Part shown: piece after piece, positions 23,387 through 35,386 of the stretch
Position numbering within the stretch: the first letter of the stretch is position 1
How the letters are laid out: every line of letters starts with the position of its first letter
DNA from: Cyanophora paradoxa CCMP329
Taxonomy: Eukaryota; Plantae; Glaucophyta
Direction of reading: 5' to 3'
Length of the DNA stretch: 64,000 bases
Assembly (NCBI GenBank): GCA_004431415.1
Contig: QPMI01000036.1
Location: forward strand, 434,001 to 498,000
Translations under genes and position numbers: made by a program
Notes under the pieces: model-generated
What the model was told of the DNA's origin: nothing
The model's input: only the letters and a program-made list of their open reading frames with translations
Databases searched by the model: none

Positions 23387-26300
23387 ATGAGCCTCTCGTC
23401 GGACGGCGAGCGGGGCGACACGGTTCTGCTCGTCCGGTTGCGCAGCAAGGACCCGCTGGATCGCGTGCAGGCCATATCTGAACTCGAAAATTACTCGGCG
23501 GCGGACCTGGACGAGCTCTTTCTGCCGGCGCTCACAGCGGCATGCAACGACCCTGCACCGCGCGTGGCTGCGGGGTCTCTCGGCATCCTCGCGAGGTGCC
23601 TGGAGCCCTCGCGGCACCTTCGAGACATTATCACAGCTGCATCAGGTTAGCTATGCCGCGCCGCAGTCATGCCATCGAGCACTGACGCGCGCTGTGCTGC
23701 AGAGCGCTGCGGCGACGCTAAGGAGGCGGTGCGGACGGCCGCTCTCCAGGTCATGAACAAGGCAGCCGCGATCGATGCGGACGCGGCGGCCGATGCTATG
23801 CGAAGCTGCGCGGCTTCGAAGAACCCGAAGAGCAGGGAAGCGGTCCGCAACCGCCCGCCAGCCGCGCCCCCGGGCGGCCGTTGAGCGCCTTCCGGGCAGT
23901 ACCTGCTGTGGACGCAGAAGCTGCTCGCGCGGGACGGCGGCATCGCTCTGGCAGTGCTGCGGGACGTCTGCAAGACCGTCGTCGGGCTCCTGGAGGATCC
24001 GTCGGGCGGGTGCGCCCTCCTCGCGCGCGGTTCCGAGCGCCCCGCGCTGACGCGTCGGCCAGCGTCCGGGACTCTGCTCTGCTCACGCTGGACGGTTCGT
24101 CGCCGCCCTTCACCCGATCTCTGCGCACAGCCGTGCCTGACGCGCTCCCCGCAGGCTTGTACAGGTTCGCCGGGAGGCCCCCGGTCCCTGCCGCGCCGCC
24201 CGCCGCTAAGGGGCCGCAGGCGCATGGGAAACGCCGTGGTAGACGAGATCGAGCGCCGCGGGGTCCGGAGCGGGATCAAAGAGACCGCGCTCGCCCGCAT
24301 CCGCACGCTGCCAAAGCCGGCCATCGAGGCCGCGCGCCCGGCCGCCGCCCCGAGGGATGCACCCGCCCCGTCCCCTTCAGGCGGGACGCTGCGCGCGGTG
24401 CCGCCGGCGGCGGCGGGGGCCGGCGAGGCGCCGCAGACGCCGACGGCGAGGAAGCTCGACATGGGGTCGGCGCCCGCAAAGGCTCCGGCGCGGGAGGCGC
24501 CGGCGCCGGCGGCGGAGGAGGAAGGGGACCTCCGCCCGCCGGCGGCGCCCGTGCCCGTCCACTCGGAGCGGGAGCTGATGCGCGAGGCGGAGACCATCGC
24601 GGGGGCCCTCGCGACGACCGCGGGCGACTGGGCGCTCCGCCTCGCCGCCCTCCGCCGCCTGGAGGGCATCGCGGCGGGGGGCGCCACCGCGCTCCCCGCC
24701 TTCTCCACCGCCCTGAAGATGCTGCGGGAGCCACTCGCCATCCAGGCGCGCGCGCGCCCGGTCAACCTGCCCGCCCCCCTCCGGCGCCTCACTCGCCCGC
24801 CCGCCTCACTCAGATCGGGGACCTGCGCTCGGCTGTGGTCAAGGAGGCCTGCCAGTGTGTCGGGAGCCTCGCCCGCGCCCTCGGGCCACAGGTGGGGCCC
24901 CAGCGAGCCCGCCCTCGCCCCCGCCGCCTCTGCCGCGCCTCACGGGCGGGCGGGCAGATGGAGCCCCACGCGGAGCCGCTCGCCCTCGCCGTCCTGAAGC
25001 TCTCCGCCGCCTCAGTGCAGGCCCGCAAGCCCGCCCGCCCGCCCGCCCCCACGCCGCTAACTCCAGACGGGCCCAGGTGATGGCGGACTTCGGGGCCTGG
25101 GCCCTCCGCGTGCTCCTCTCCCACGTCCCCTCCGCCCGCGTCCGCCCCGCCCCGCCCCTTAGCTTTCCTCGGCTTAGCTTCGCCTTGCTTCGGTCGCAGC
25201 TGATGCAGCGGGCGCTGGACGGGATGGCCTCGGGGCGGGCCCCGCAGCTCCGCGCCGCCTGCGCGGGGGCCCTCGTCGCGGCGCTGGGCCGCTGGCCCCC
25301 CGCCGCCCTCGAGCGGGCCGCGGAGGGCGTCGAGGGGCCCTCCCCGCCGCCCTCGCCGACGCGGCGCCCGACGTCCGCGCCGCCGCCCGCCGCGCCTTCC
25401 GCGCCTTCTCCGCCGTCGCCCCGCAGCGCGCCGCACGGTACCCCCGCCCTCCTCCTTCCCCCCTAGCCGCCCCCCCCCCCCCCGTCCCCGTCCGAGACGC
25501 GGGGTACAGGCTCCTCTCGAAGCTGGACGCAGCGACGCAGCGCGCCCTGCACGAGGAGGCGGCGCGCGCGGGGCGCCCCGCCGCACCCCGCCCCAGGCCC
25601 CCGCCGCCCCCTCCCAAGCCCAAGCCCCGCCCCGCCCTCGCCCCGCCCCATCCCGCGAGGCCGGCCGCCGGCCCCAGCCCCGCCCGCTGCCGTGGATGCC
25701 GAGTTCGCCCCGCCGCCCCGCCGCCCGTCCAGGGCCGCCCCTCCCTCTCCTCCGGCGCCCAGCGCGTCCAGGTGCCCTCCGGCGCCCCGCCCGCCCCGGC
25801 GCCCTCGCCCTCCCAGCGGCCGGCCTCGGCCCGCGGCCCAGCATCTCGCGGGGCGAGCTGGAGCCCGGCCCGGCGATGGGCCGGCCCTCGCTCGTGCGCC
25901 GCGAGCTCGTCGAGGACGCGCTGGAGGAGGCGACGCCGCGAGCGCCGCGCTCCTCCCTCGCCGGCGGCGCCCGCCGCATCCTCGCCGACGACACCCCGTC
26001 CTCCGCTAGTGCGGCCCCCACTTCCCCTCCTCTCCTTTCCTCTAAGTCTTCGGCCTTCGTTCGCCCCCGCCGCAGACTCCGCATTGAAGCGCGCGGCGGC
26101 GGCAGCGGTGGCGCCGTCCCCGTGGGCCCTCCCCGCCCGCCGGGCGGCCGAGCCGTCGTCCGCGCGGTCCATGGGCCCCCCGCGGCCGTCGCGCCCCGCG
26201 CCGGGCGCGCCGCGCAGCAGCAGCCGGACGGTCCCGGCACGGCGCGCGGCGCCGGCTCCGGCCGCGTCTCGCCGGCGCCGGGGGCCGGCGGGTACAGCAG

Positions 26301-29016
26301 CGCGGCGGCGGCGCGGCGGGGGCGCCCGCAGCGCCCGCGGCGCCGCCGCCCTCCAACAGCAGCAACGTGCGTGGCTCCTTCGAGGAGAACGTCGATCCGC
26401 AGGCCCCGCCGCCGCGCCCCAAGCCGGGCGGCGCCGCCCCGGCCCCGGGTCCCTCTTCTGGGACCCTCGAGGAGGCCCTCAAGAAGGCCGCCAGCGCCTC
26501 CTGGTGGCAGCGCGAGGAAGCCTTCACCTCGCTGCAGGTCCGCCCTCTGCCATCCGGCCCAGCCGGCTCCGCCCCTCCCCGCCCTCCTCACCGCCCCTCA
26601 GGCCCTCTACGCCTCGCGGGCCTCGGCGGACGTCGTGCCCGCCTTCGAGCGCGTCCTCGCGCTGCACGTGCACGCCGTCCAGAACGAGGCCCACGGGCGC
26701 GTCCTCCTCGCCGCCCTCCGCTCCGCTGAGGGTCTCGCCCGCCACTTCCGCGCCTCCCTCGCCCCCGCCCTCGACCGCCTCCTGCCCCGCCTCTTCGCCC
26801 GCCTCGCGAGCCCGACGCCGGCGGCCCCCGCCCACGCCCTCCGCCCCGCCGCCGACGCCCTCCTCGCCCAGCTCCGCGAGGCGAGGGCCCCGCCTGCCCC
26901 GCCGCGCCCCGCCTTGCCCGCCTCTGACTCCGCCGCCCCGATCGCAGTCGTACGGGGTCGAGCAGCTCGTGGCGCCACTGCTTCGGCTCGCGGCGAGCAG
27001 CGCGGCGCCCCGCGCCCGCGCCGCCGCGCTTGACTTCGCGGCCGTGCTCCTCGGCGGCCCCGGGGAGCTGCCGCCCCGGACCCCCGCCTCCCCGCCGACC
27101 GTCCGCCCCGCCCGCCCCGCCCTGAGCCGAGCTGCGCTCTGCGTCCGGCCTGACGCGCCCGCTCGGCGACGCAGCGGCGGTGGCGTGGCTGGAGCGGCTG
27201 TCGGCGCTGGCGTCGGACCGGGCGGAGGAGGTGCGGCGCGGGGCCTGCGCCGCTCTCGTCGCCCTGCACGCCTCCGCCGCCCCGCGCTTCGTGGGCGCCG
27301 CCCTTGCCCTCCCGCCGAGCCCCGCGCCGCCCTCCGCAAGGTCCCCGCTCGCCTGCTCCCCCTCTCCCTCCGACTCCGCTGAACGACCCGGCCGCAGGTG
27401 CTGGCCCCCGTCCTCCCCAGCTCGACGACGAGATGAGCTGTACGGCCCGGGGCGCCCCGCCCCGCCCTGCGACGCCGCCCCGGGCCCGCCTCGCCCCGTG
27501 CGCCCGCGCCCGCACCCTCCCCTCTCTTCGCCCGGCGCACAGCGAGCCGCGGGCGCAGGGCGCCGGCGCGCCCCCCGAGGAGCGCGTGGGCGAGCAGGCG
27601 AGCCCGGACCTGTCGCCCGTGCAGCCCTCGCCGCCGCCGCCCCAGCACTTCTCCCCGGCGCCGCCTCCGCCTCCTCCCGCGGTGCGTCATTTTTGAAGAA
27701 GGAGCGCGGCGCGCGGCCCGCCGACGCCCGCGCCCGTCCAGGCTACTCGCCCCCCGCCACGGCCGCGGCGCGCGTTGGGTCCGCCACGGCCGCCGAGCTG
27801 GTGGCGGCCGTCCTGACCCCGCCCCGCGAGCCCGACTCGCCGCTGTACCCCTCCCCCGGCCCCGCCTCCGCCGGCCGCGGCAGCGCGAGCTCCCGCAAGC
27901 GCGCCATGTACGACCTCCTCCGGGTACCCCCCTTCCCTTCTTCCCCCCCCCCTCCCCCGCGCCGGCGCTCAGCGCTCGCAGCTGGTGGAGCTCTGCGAGG
28001 GGGGCGCCGAGGAGGGGGCCTGGCGGTGCCAGGTGCGTGGGACGTCGTCTCAAAGACTTGCCCCACTACTTTAGAGACAACTTTAGAACCTTCGAGTCAG
28101 GCTCTTCGCCTTCGGTCCGGGCTCTCTGACCCCCCCGCTTCGTTCGCAGGTGGAGGGCGTCCTCGCGGCCGTCGCGGCGGCGCTGGGCTCGCACGACGGG
28201 GACCTCCGCCAGCTGGGCGCCTCCGTCCTCTCCCGCGTCCTCGCCGCCCTCGACGACCCCGCCCTCGCCCCGCTCGCCCCCCGCTTCATCGCCGCCCTCC
28301 TCGACGTGCGCCCCCTCCCTGTGCCCCTTTCTTCTCATAGAACGCATTCTCTCATAAAAGACTGAAGGCCCCCCCTCTCAAAAGTCCTTTCTTAAAGACT
28401 GGAAGTCTCAAGCTTCATAGAATTATTTACGTAGAGCTCTCTGCCTTCTGCGCCTTTGGCTTAGCCTTCTGCTTGCTTGGACGCCGCCGCCGCCCGCCCG
28501 CCCGCCTGACCCCCGGGCCCCGCAGGCGTACGCGGGGGCGGCGGGGGCGGGGGACCGGGACGCCGTGGCGGCGCTGGACGGCGGCGTCGCCCTCGTCCTG
28601 CCCCGCCTCCGCCTCCGCAGCTGCGCCGAGGCCCTCGCCGCCGCCCTCGGGACGAGCGCGCCGCCGCCGCCGGCGAGGCGGCGCACGGCGCCCTGCGGCA
28701 GGAGCACGCCGCGCGCCTCCTCGCGCGGGTCGTGGCGAGGGAGGCCGAGGCCGGCGCCGCGGCGGCCTCCCGCGTCGAGCCGTTCGTGGGGCTCCTGATG
28801 GGCGCCCTCGTGCGGGCCTTCGGGAGCGCGGCGGCGGACGTGCGCAAGGCGACCGTCTTCGCCCTCGTCGAGCTCTGGCTCGCCCTGGGGGACGACTTCA
28901 CGCAGGAGCTGACGGCGCACCTCACCAACGCCCAGCTCAAGCTCGTCACCATCTACTGGACCCGCGCCTGCAAGGCCCGCGGCCTCCCCGTCCCGGAGGC
29001 CCCCGCGCCATCTTGA
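23387..29016 (+). CDS. CLASP: CLIP-associated protein (TOG/HEAT repeats)
   Basis: GDAKEAVR, DWALRLAALRRLEG, GDLRSAVVKEAC and the CLASP C-terminus AFGSAAADVRKATVFALVELWLALG...LTNAQLKLVTIY. Several single-base indels in G/C runs. Confidence 0.88.
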
Positions 29017-31939
29017 GCCTGATGTGCACCTGCGGCCATGGACCTAGTGCTGAAAACTGTGCTAAAAACTGGGATACGAAAAAGAGGGGTCCAGGAAGCA
29101 GCTTGGGGGCTCTCACCAGCGTGGGATCATCGGATCCTCTGAGAATCCTCGAGCTCGGAGCGTCGGGAAAGCCTCTAGATCTGGCCCGGGGGGCCTGCAG
29201 CTGATCATCGGATCATGATTATGCATATACATGGATCGATATCAGGTGCACAGTGCCGGTACTGCCAGGCTACGATATTCGATGATTTGAGAAATGCTTG
29301 AAGGGGCCCCCAGGCCCGGGGGGGGGAGGGGCCCGGGGGGGGGGGGGGGGGGGGGGGGGGGGATGAGAATAGAATTCTTTGGGGCTAGCACTTGAATCTC
29401 AGAGTCTAACTTTCAAATTCAGTATATACACGTGACTTTCACTGAGTCAAGCCTTCACTGAGTCAAGCCTCAACAAGCGAGTCCCTGCGGAGCAGGAGTG
29501 GCCTTGGGTCTTTGGGCTTCAAGGCGTGAGGGTGGCAGCTCTTTGTTTTTAAATTGGGGCCCGCAACCGCGCGCGGTTACGGGGGAGGGGGGAGGAGAAA
29601 CAGGGGGTCCACTCGGCAAGGGTACCCACTCAAGTGAGAGGGTACAGAATTGTGCTGCAAGGGTACAGATATCAATGCGGGGCCCAATCGGCCGCAGTTG
29701 TACCGAGTACAGGCCCCGAGAGGCCCATTGGTCGTTTCAGCCGAATGAAAACGACTTTCGGGCAAGTTTCGAATTTCGGCGCTCTCGCTTGCAATTGTAC
29801 ATCGGTCCTCTCTGTAGGCGCCCTTGTCCTGAGGGGGGTTATAGTAGCTCTGCTCTGCTTCGGCTCTCTAGGCAGGTGTAGGCAGTGTTTCTAGGCAGGT
29901 ATAGGCCCCTTTCTCCAGTACAATAGCTCCACCCGGTCCGATGTCCGAAAGGCTTGTTCCCGTAGGCTCATATGCATCTCTCGACTTGACACAGATGGAC
30001 ACTGCAGTCATATCCCTAGCCATTTGTCTCGGTGTGTGCAAATTCATTTGTAGTCGAATTTCGGCGCTTTTTTAAAACTTTGGAGGTGGTTAATAATTAT
30101 CTATGAATCATTCGAATGTAATTCGCAGTGATAAGGCTCTGTCTAATTTGTTTATTTTGTTTATTTTGATAATCTTTAAACTAACGCATCAAGTATATTC
30201 AAAACCCACCTCGTGGCACACAACGACCAGTGATGTTATCATGATAATGATGTCCTATCATGATAATGATATGATGCATGATATCATCATGATACGGACC
30301 CCCCTGTCATCATGGCTATCATGATGATGATAGACCCCCCCTAGACCCCCCCAAACCGCGAGTTTCTCATGCTCCAAACACCTCAGCAGAGTTCAATAAG
30401 TAATCGAGAGAGCGAGTAACATGATCTTTAGCAGAAAGCGCACCGAAATAGCGATGTTCTTGCCATCACAGCGCCTCCACCGGTACCCCCATCCGGCCCA
30501 TGGCCATCACAGCGCTAGCGCCAGATGTAGAGAATGTGTCTGAATAGGATTATAGTGCAGCTCTATGCTTCCGAAGTTCTTCTGTCGATTTTCGTGTCAA
30601 AACGACCATCTTTGCCGCAACTTTCACTGTTTCACAGCGCCGAGAACTTTGTATGGTGATAATGATATGATATGATATGATGATATGATGATATGATATG
30701 GTAGATGGCATCCTTGGACGGTTGACGATGCTCCGGCACCGCCCTGTAGCCCGACGAAGGCGCGGTCTCTGCTGACGAGGCGGAGCGGGTCAAGGGCCGC
30801 GGGCGGCGCGGGCGGGCGTTCTTAACGAGGGACCACTCTTTTTAGACCCTCACTAGTTGTTCCAGACGCTGCTGGCTCGAAAAAGGGTTCACGGGGCGGC
30901 CCGGGACGGGAACCGACCCCGAGTGGCCCGAAATCGCCCGGCCAGGCGCTCAAAGTGCTGGGGTGGGCTCTCCGATACTACTACTGCGAGCACAGCGCCC
31001 CCGGCGCTCACGCCGGCTTCCGGCCGCGGCTGGTCAACAAAGATTTGGGGTACACCGCGCTTCGTTCTCCAAGTCGCGGATTTCTGAGGGGCTTGGCGTG
31101 CAGTGAATGTGATTTGCGCTTTCTATTTTTTTCCGGGAAAATGCTTTTCTGTGCTTTTCGACGTGCTGTTACTGTCCATTAGGGGCCTCTCATAGGAACA
31201 CGGGCCGGACCATCGTGCTCCCCAGGGTCTAAAATGGGGTTGTAGGTGTCTTCAAATATACGAATTTCGCTTTCTAAAATTTTGTGACAAGTGACCAACA
31301 GACCTAATTATAAGGGCCTCTCCTTTCCCCAAGGCCGATTGCAAGCCTCAAGTTAACGTTAATTGCAAGGGGGGGTCAGCTGCTCAAACCCCCTTTGCTA
31401 CCCGGCCGGGCCCGTCGGATTGCAACTGTCGAGTCTGTCCGCGGCCGGATCCTTTTGTCCAAGTCGGCTAGTTCGCAACATGGACTTTTTCCCGTCGTCG
31501 AAACTTTGAAATGTTTTTGAAGTACCCGCGGCCGGCCAAGGCCCAATGGCCAAGGCGGCCCCGGCCGGCGGCCGGCGCCGCAGCGCAGCTCCTCAGGGCC
31601 TAGCCGCGCATTCTCAGTTCGTGGCATGCAATCGAGCCTGCGCGCGCGGCGGCAAACCGGCGAGCTCGAGGCTTATAGCTAGCGCTAGCTAGCGGCGAGC
31701 AGGCGAGTGGCGAGCGAGCGGCCGCGGGCGGCCGCCGGGCCGCTCCCGCCTCCCGCGTCCCGACCCGCCTCCCGCAGCTCCTAGGCCTGCGCTGTCGCGA
31801 AGGCCGCGCCATCACGGATCACGGAACCGCGCTGCTGCGGATCACGGGGCGGTGCGAAGCGCGCGCGGCGTGCGGCGGGGCTCTCCGGGCGCGGCAGAGA
31901 CGAGACAGACAGCGGCGCAGCTGCTTCGGGCGGCTGCGC

Positions 31940-32370
31940 GGGTCGCTGGGCGAGGCGGAGGCGGGGCGGGCCGGGCAGCGGCGCGCGGCGCTCGCCGGAA
32001 GGGGCGGAGGCGCGCGCGGCGGGCGGCTGCGCGGCTCGGCGGGCGGAGCGGAGGCGCGGCGGGCAGCTGCGCAGCTCGGCGGGCAGGGCGGATCCGGAGG
32101 CGCAGCGGGCGGCGGCGCGGCTTGCTGGGCGGGGCGGAGGCGCGGCGCGCGGCGGCGCGGCTCGCCGGATCGTCGGACGGGGCGGAGGCGCGGCGGGCGG
32201 TGGCGCGGCTCGTCGGGCGGTGGCGCGCCTCGCCGGGCAGGCTGGGGGCGCAGCGGGCGGCGGCGCAGCTCGCCAGGCGAGGCGGGAGGCGCGGCGGGCG
32301 GCGGCGGCCTCCGAGGGCCTCGCGGGGCGAAGGCTCGGCGGGCGGCGGCGCGGCTCGCGGGGCGGAGGCA
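31940..32370. repeat. Degenerate GC-rich minisatellite
   Basis: Recurrent ggcggaggcgcggcg(c/g)gcggnggcgcggctcg units at about 32005, 32131, 32179 and 32340. Confidence 0.6.
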
Positions 32371-32786
32371 CTAGCGCCGGAGGTGCGAGCTGTTCGAAGT
32401 CGAGTCTAGATCCCGCGGCCCATGGCCAGGCCTACGCATAGCGAGCGCTAGTTGCAGGACGAACAGATAGCTTTAAATGGACACTGTTCAATTAGACCCC
32501 ACCTTGTCGAAGACCTAGTAGTACTAGTACAAGTGCGCATGTAGTCTAGTATTACGTAGGGGCAGGGAAGGCGATGTGTTTACATGTACGTATACATGCT
32601 TGAGCTCATATGCATGACAGCCGCGGCCCCGGCGATCAATTGCAAGAGGCCTCCGTTTCCACCGGCACCCGCCCCCGCAGCACTCACAGTACTGCAAAAT
32701 GGGCAACTTTGGCAAATTTTAAGCCCCATTGATGTAACAGGATTGAAGCCGGCCTGTAGTTGGGAGAGAATTCCAGAACACTATCG

Positions 32787-34790
32787 CTACGAATCACTAC
32801 TGCTGTCGCTGTCGACGTCATTGTCAATGTCATCATAGGAATTATCACTTCCGCTATCAGTGCTCAACTCGCAGTCCCGAGCCCAGTGGCCAAGCTCCCC
32901 GCATCGGAAGCACTGCCCGCCACTGCTGCTGCTCTGAGGCCACTGCTGCAACCGGCTCCTTTTCGACTTCGAATTAACGATCGTGCCACCGCCACTGCGG
33001 CGGCGGCTGTGGCAGTGTACAAACTGAGCTGTGGCCGACTCTTTCCCATCAATCTGCATTCCATTTGCATCGGGCATCGTGAACGACGACAGCTCAGCAA
33101 AAAACTATGCACCTGTCCTGCCACTGTCTGTGTTGGTGACGAGTGCAGTGTCCGTCGAGTGCTCTGCTCTCCTGCTGGGCGTGATGCAGTCCGGGGCGCC
33201 GAAGGGGAGAGCTGTTGGAGCCTGGGCTCGGGAAAGCTCTTCTCCTTGCACGCAGGCACACCCGCCGTGAAGCGCGGCTGCTCGCGCAGTCCAGCAGAGC
33301 TACTGGCCTGACGTGCAGCACAGCTGCTTGCGAAGTGTCCAACCTGCTGACAATAGTGGCACCTGCAAGGTGTTCTGTGACGTCGACTTCAAGGGCGGTG
33401 ACTAGAAAAGCTGCACCGGTTCAGGTCCGCAGTGGACAATGAGTTTCGAACTATGCGTTTGGCAGTAACCTGCGCGCGCGGGCGTTGAACGCAATGCAGC
33501 ATTCGAAGGGCGGCCACTTGCAGGCAAGCCTTGAAGGTACCAGACCTCGGGTGGCTCAGTGACGAGCTCAGGCTGGCACCACGGACCCCCCCGCACCTTC
33601 TGCCATCCGTGCTGCGCATACATGTATACATGTACATCTTCAAGCAGGAGAAGCGTCGCGATCGCCAGCACCTCGAGCATGAGAGCAATCGTCAGGTCCA
33701 TCTCGCGCCGCTCGGTCCCGACGCTGATGTCGACAACCCGAACGACGGCGTGCTGCCGGGTCCAGGCTGCGGCCTCCCCGCGTCTGTGCGCCTCAATGCG
33801 GGCACTCACGTCCCGCGAGAAGCCAACGTAGAAGCAGCCATCCTGTAGCTCCAGCACGTACACATGGCCCTGGCCTTCCGGCGGCCGCGGGGTGCGACGC
33901 TCAACGGGCAGCTGCGGTGCAGTGGACGTAGACGACGTGGAAACAAGCCTAGGGGCATCCTTGGCTCGCTGCAGCCCCACAGTCCCGGAAGGCGATAGAT
34001 GAGATGATGATGACTTCGGGGATGATAGTTGCGTCGGCGTTGGGGCTGCAGATGTTGCGGTAATGGTTCCCGGAGGTAGTCGAGAGCTGGTGGCGTTTGC
34101 GGTAGTGGTTCCCGGAGGTAGTCGAAAGCTGGCAGCGTCTGCGGCGTGGCACAGGGCTGCTTCGAAGTCTGGATCCGTCTCAAATCCGAATTCGTCAACG
34201 GATCCTCGCAGCGGTCGCGGGGCGCGACGCTCGACGGGCAGCTGCGGAGCAGTGGACGTAGACGACGTGGAAACAAGCCTAGGGGCATCCGTGGCTCGCC
34301 GCAGCCCCACAGTCCCGGAAGGCGATAGATGAGATGATGATGACTTCGGGGTTGATAGTTGCGTCGGCGTTGGGGCTGCACATGTTGCGGTAGTGGTTCC
34401 CGGAGGTAGTCGAGAGCTGGCAGCGTCTGCCGCGTGGCACAGGGCTGCTTCGAAGTCTGGATCCGTCTCAAATCCGAATTCGTCAACGGATCCTCGCAGC
34501 GGCCGCGGGGCGCGACGCTCAACGGGAAGCTGCGATGCAGTGGACGAAGACGACGTGGAAACAAGCCTAGGGGCATCCGTGGCTCGCTGCAGCCCCACAG
34601 TCCCGGAAGGCGATAGATGAGATGATGATGACTTCGGGGTTGATAGTTGCGTCGGCGTTGGGGCTGCACATGTTGCGGTAGTGGTTCCCGGAGGTAGTCG
34701 AGAGCTGGCAGCGTCTGCCGCGTGGCACAGGGCTGCTTCGAAGTCTGGATCCGTCTCAAATCCGAATTCGTCGACAGGCGAAGGAGGCAT
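32787..34790 (-). CDS. GIY-YIG endonuclease with two CCHC zinc knuckles, three 96-aa N-terminal repeats and an acidic tail (~584 aa)
   Basis: HVYVLELQDGCFYVGFSRDVSARIEAH...AAWT...EMDLTIALMLE|HGWQKVRGGPWC, then CHYCQQVGHFASSC and CFRCGELGHWARDC. GT-AG introns at 33612-33671, 33470-33545, 33363-33416 and 33054-33112 give a continuous frame. Confidence 0.85.
33880..34775 (-). repeat. Three tandem ~288-bp coding repeats
   Basis: Units start at 34775, 34487 and 34199 (period 288) and are near-identical; the third unit has a 42-nt internal duplication. Confidence 0.95.
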
Positions 34791-35386
34791 ACTATTATGA
34801 TGAGGCCTAGCCTAGTAGGGCTGCAGCCTGCAGCAGAGATTTAGACTCTGAGATGGGCAGACTGATGGGCAGCTGCAGGCGCGCGCGCATGCATATGAGC
34901 ATGCATATGCATGCGCATGCCGCAGTGGCGGCGTGTGTGCCGCAGTGCAGATTTTCGGTGCCAGGGTACGCATGCATATGAGGCCTCACGGCCTGTAGGA
35001 GAGTTGCGCATGCATATGCATATTCGAACGATCATCATGGCATGATCGGATCATGATCAGGCCCAACTTGTCAAGCTTGCCCCTGCATGCGCAGCGACCC
35101 TCGGGGTATGTGTGCATGCCGCATAATGACATATATAGATAGAGTCAGGAAAAAAACCGGATTGAAAGAAAGGTGCAACATGATGAGAGGCCAGAGGAGA
35201 GACGAGGCGATGATCATAATCATGGATAGAATTCAAAGCGGAGACAGGAGATGGGGCGGGGGAGATGGGGCGGGGGAGGAGGCGCTGGACGCAGGGGGCC
35301 AACCGGGATGAAAGAATGGGGAGGATCGGGCGTAGAAGGGAGAACGAAGGCGAGAGGGCCGGTGCGGGCGAGAGGCCAAGGCAGCC

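Larger units (their letters stand above)
29270..35040. mobile_element. ~5.8-kb insert carrying a GIY-YIG nuclease gene (putative mobile or virus-derived element)
   Basis: Absent from the paralogous spacer at ~39680-40065; rich in short repeats and microsatellites; atcggatcatgat occurs near both ends (29207-29219 and 35045-35057). No transposase or RT is visible and the ends are approximate. Confidence 0.5.

Noticed and set aside
14500-28100. Many long overlapping or antisense Arg/Ala/Pro-rich ORFs
   Set aside because: Expected from stop-codon scarcity at very high GC; no recognisable domains.
25300-28660. Frameshifts suggesting that CLASP (also the F-box and mTERF genes) are pseudogenes
   Set aside because: The indels I checked are single-base changes in G/C runs, and in the duplicated part the other copy often has the intact frame; likely sequencing errors.
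33880-34775. CRISPR-like array
   Set aside because: Units are 288-bp in-frame coding repeats with no unique spacers, in a eukaryotic context without cas genes.
29270-35040. Penelope-like retroelement or Helitron
   Set aside because: No RT, Rep or helicase ORF, no pLTRs, and no convincing TC...CTRR termini.
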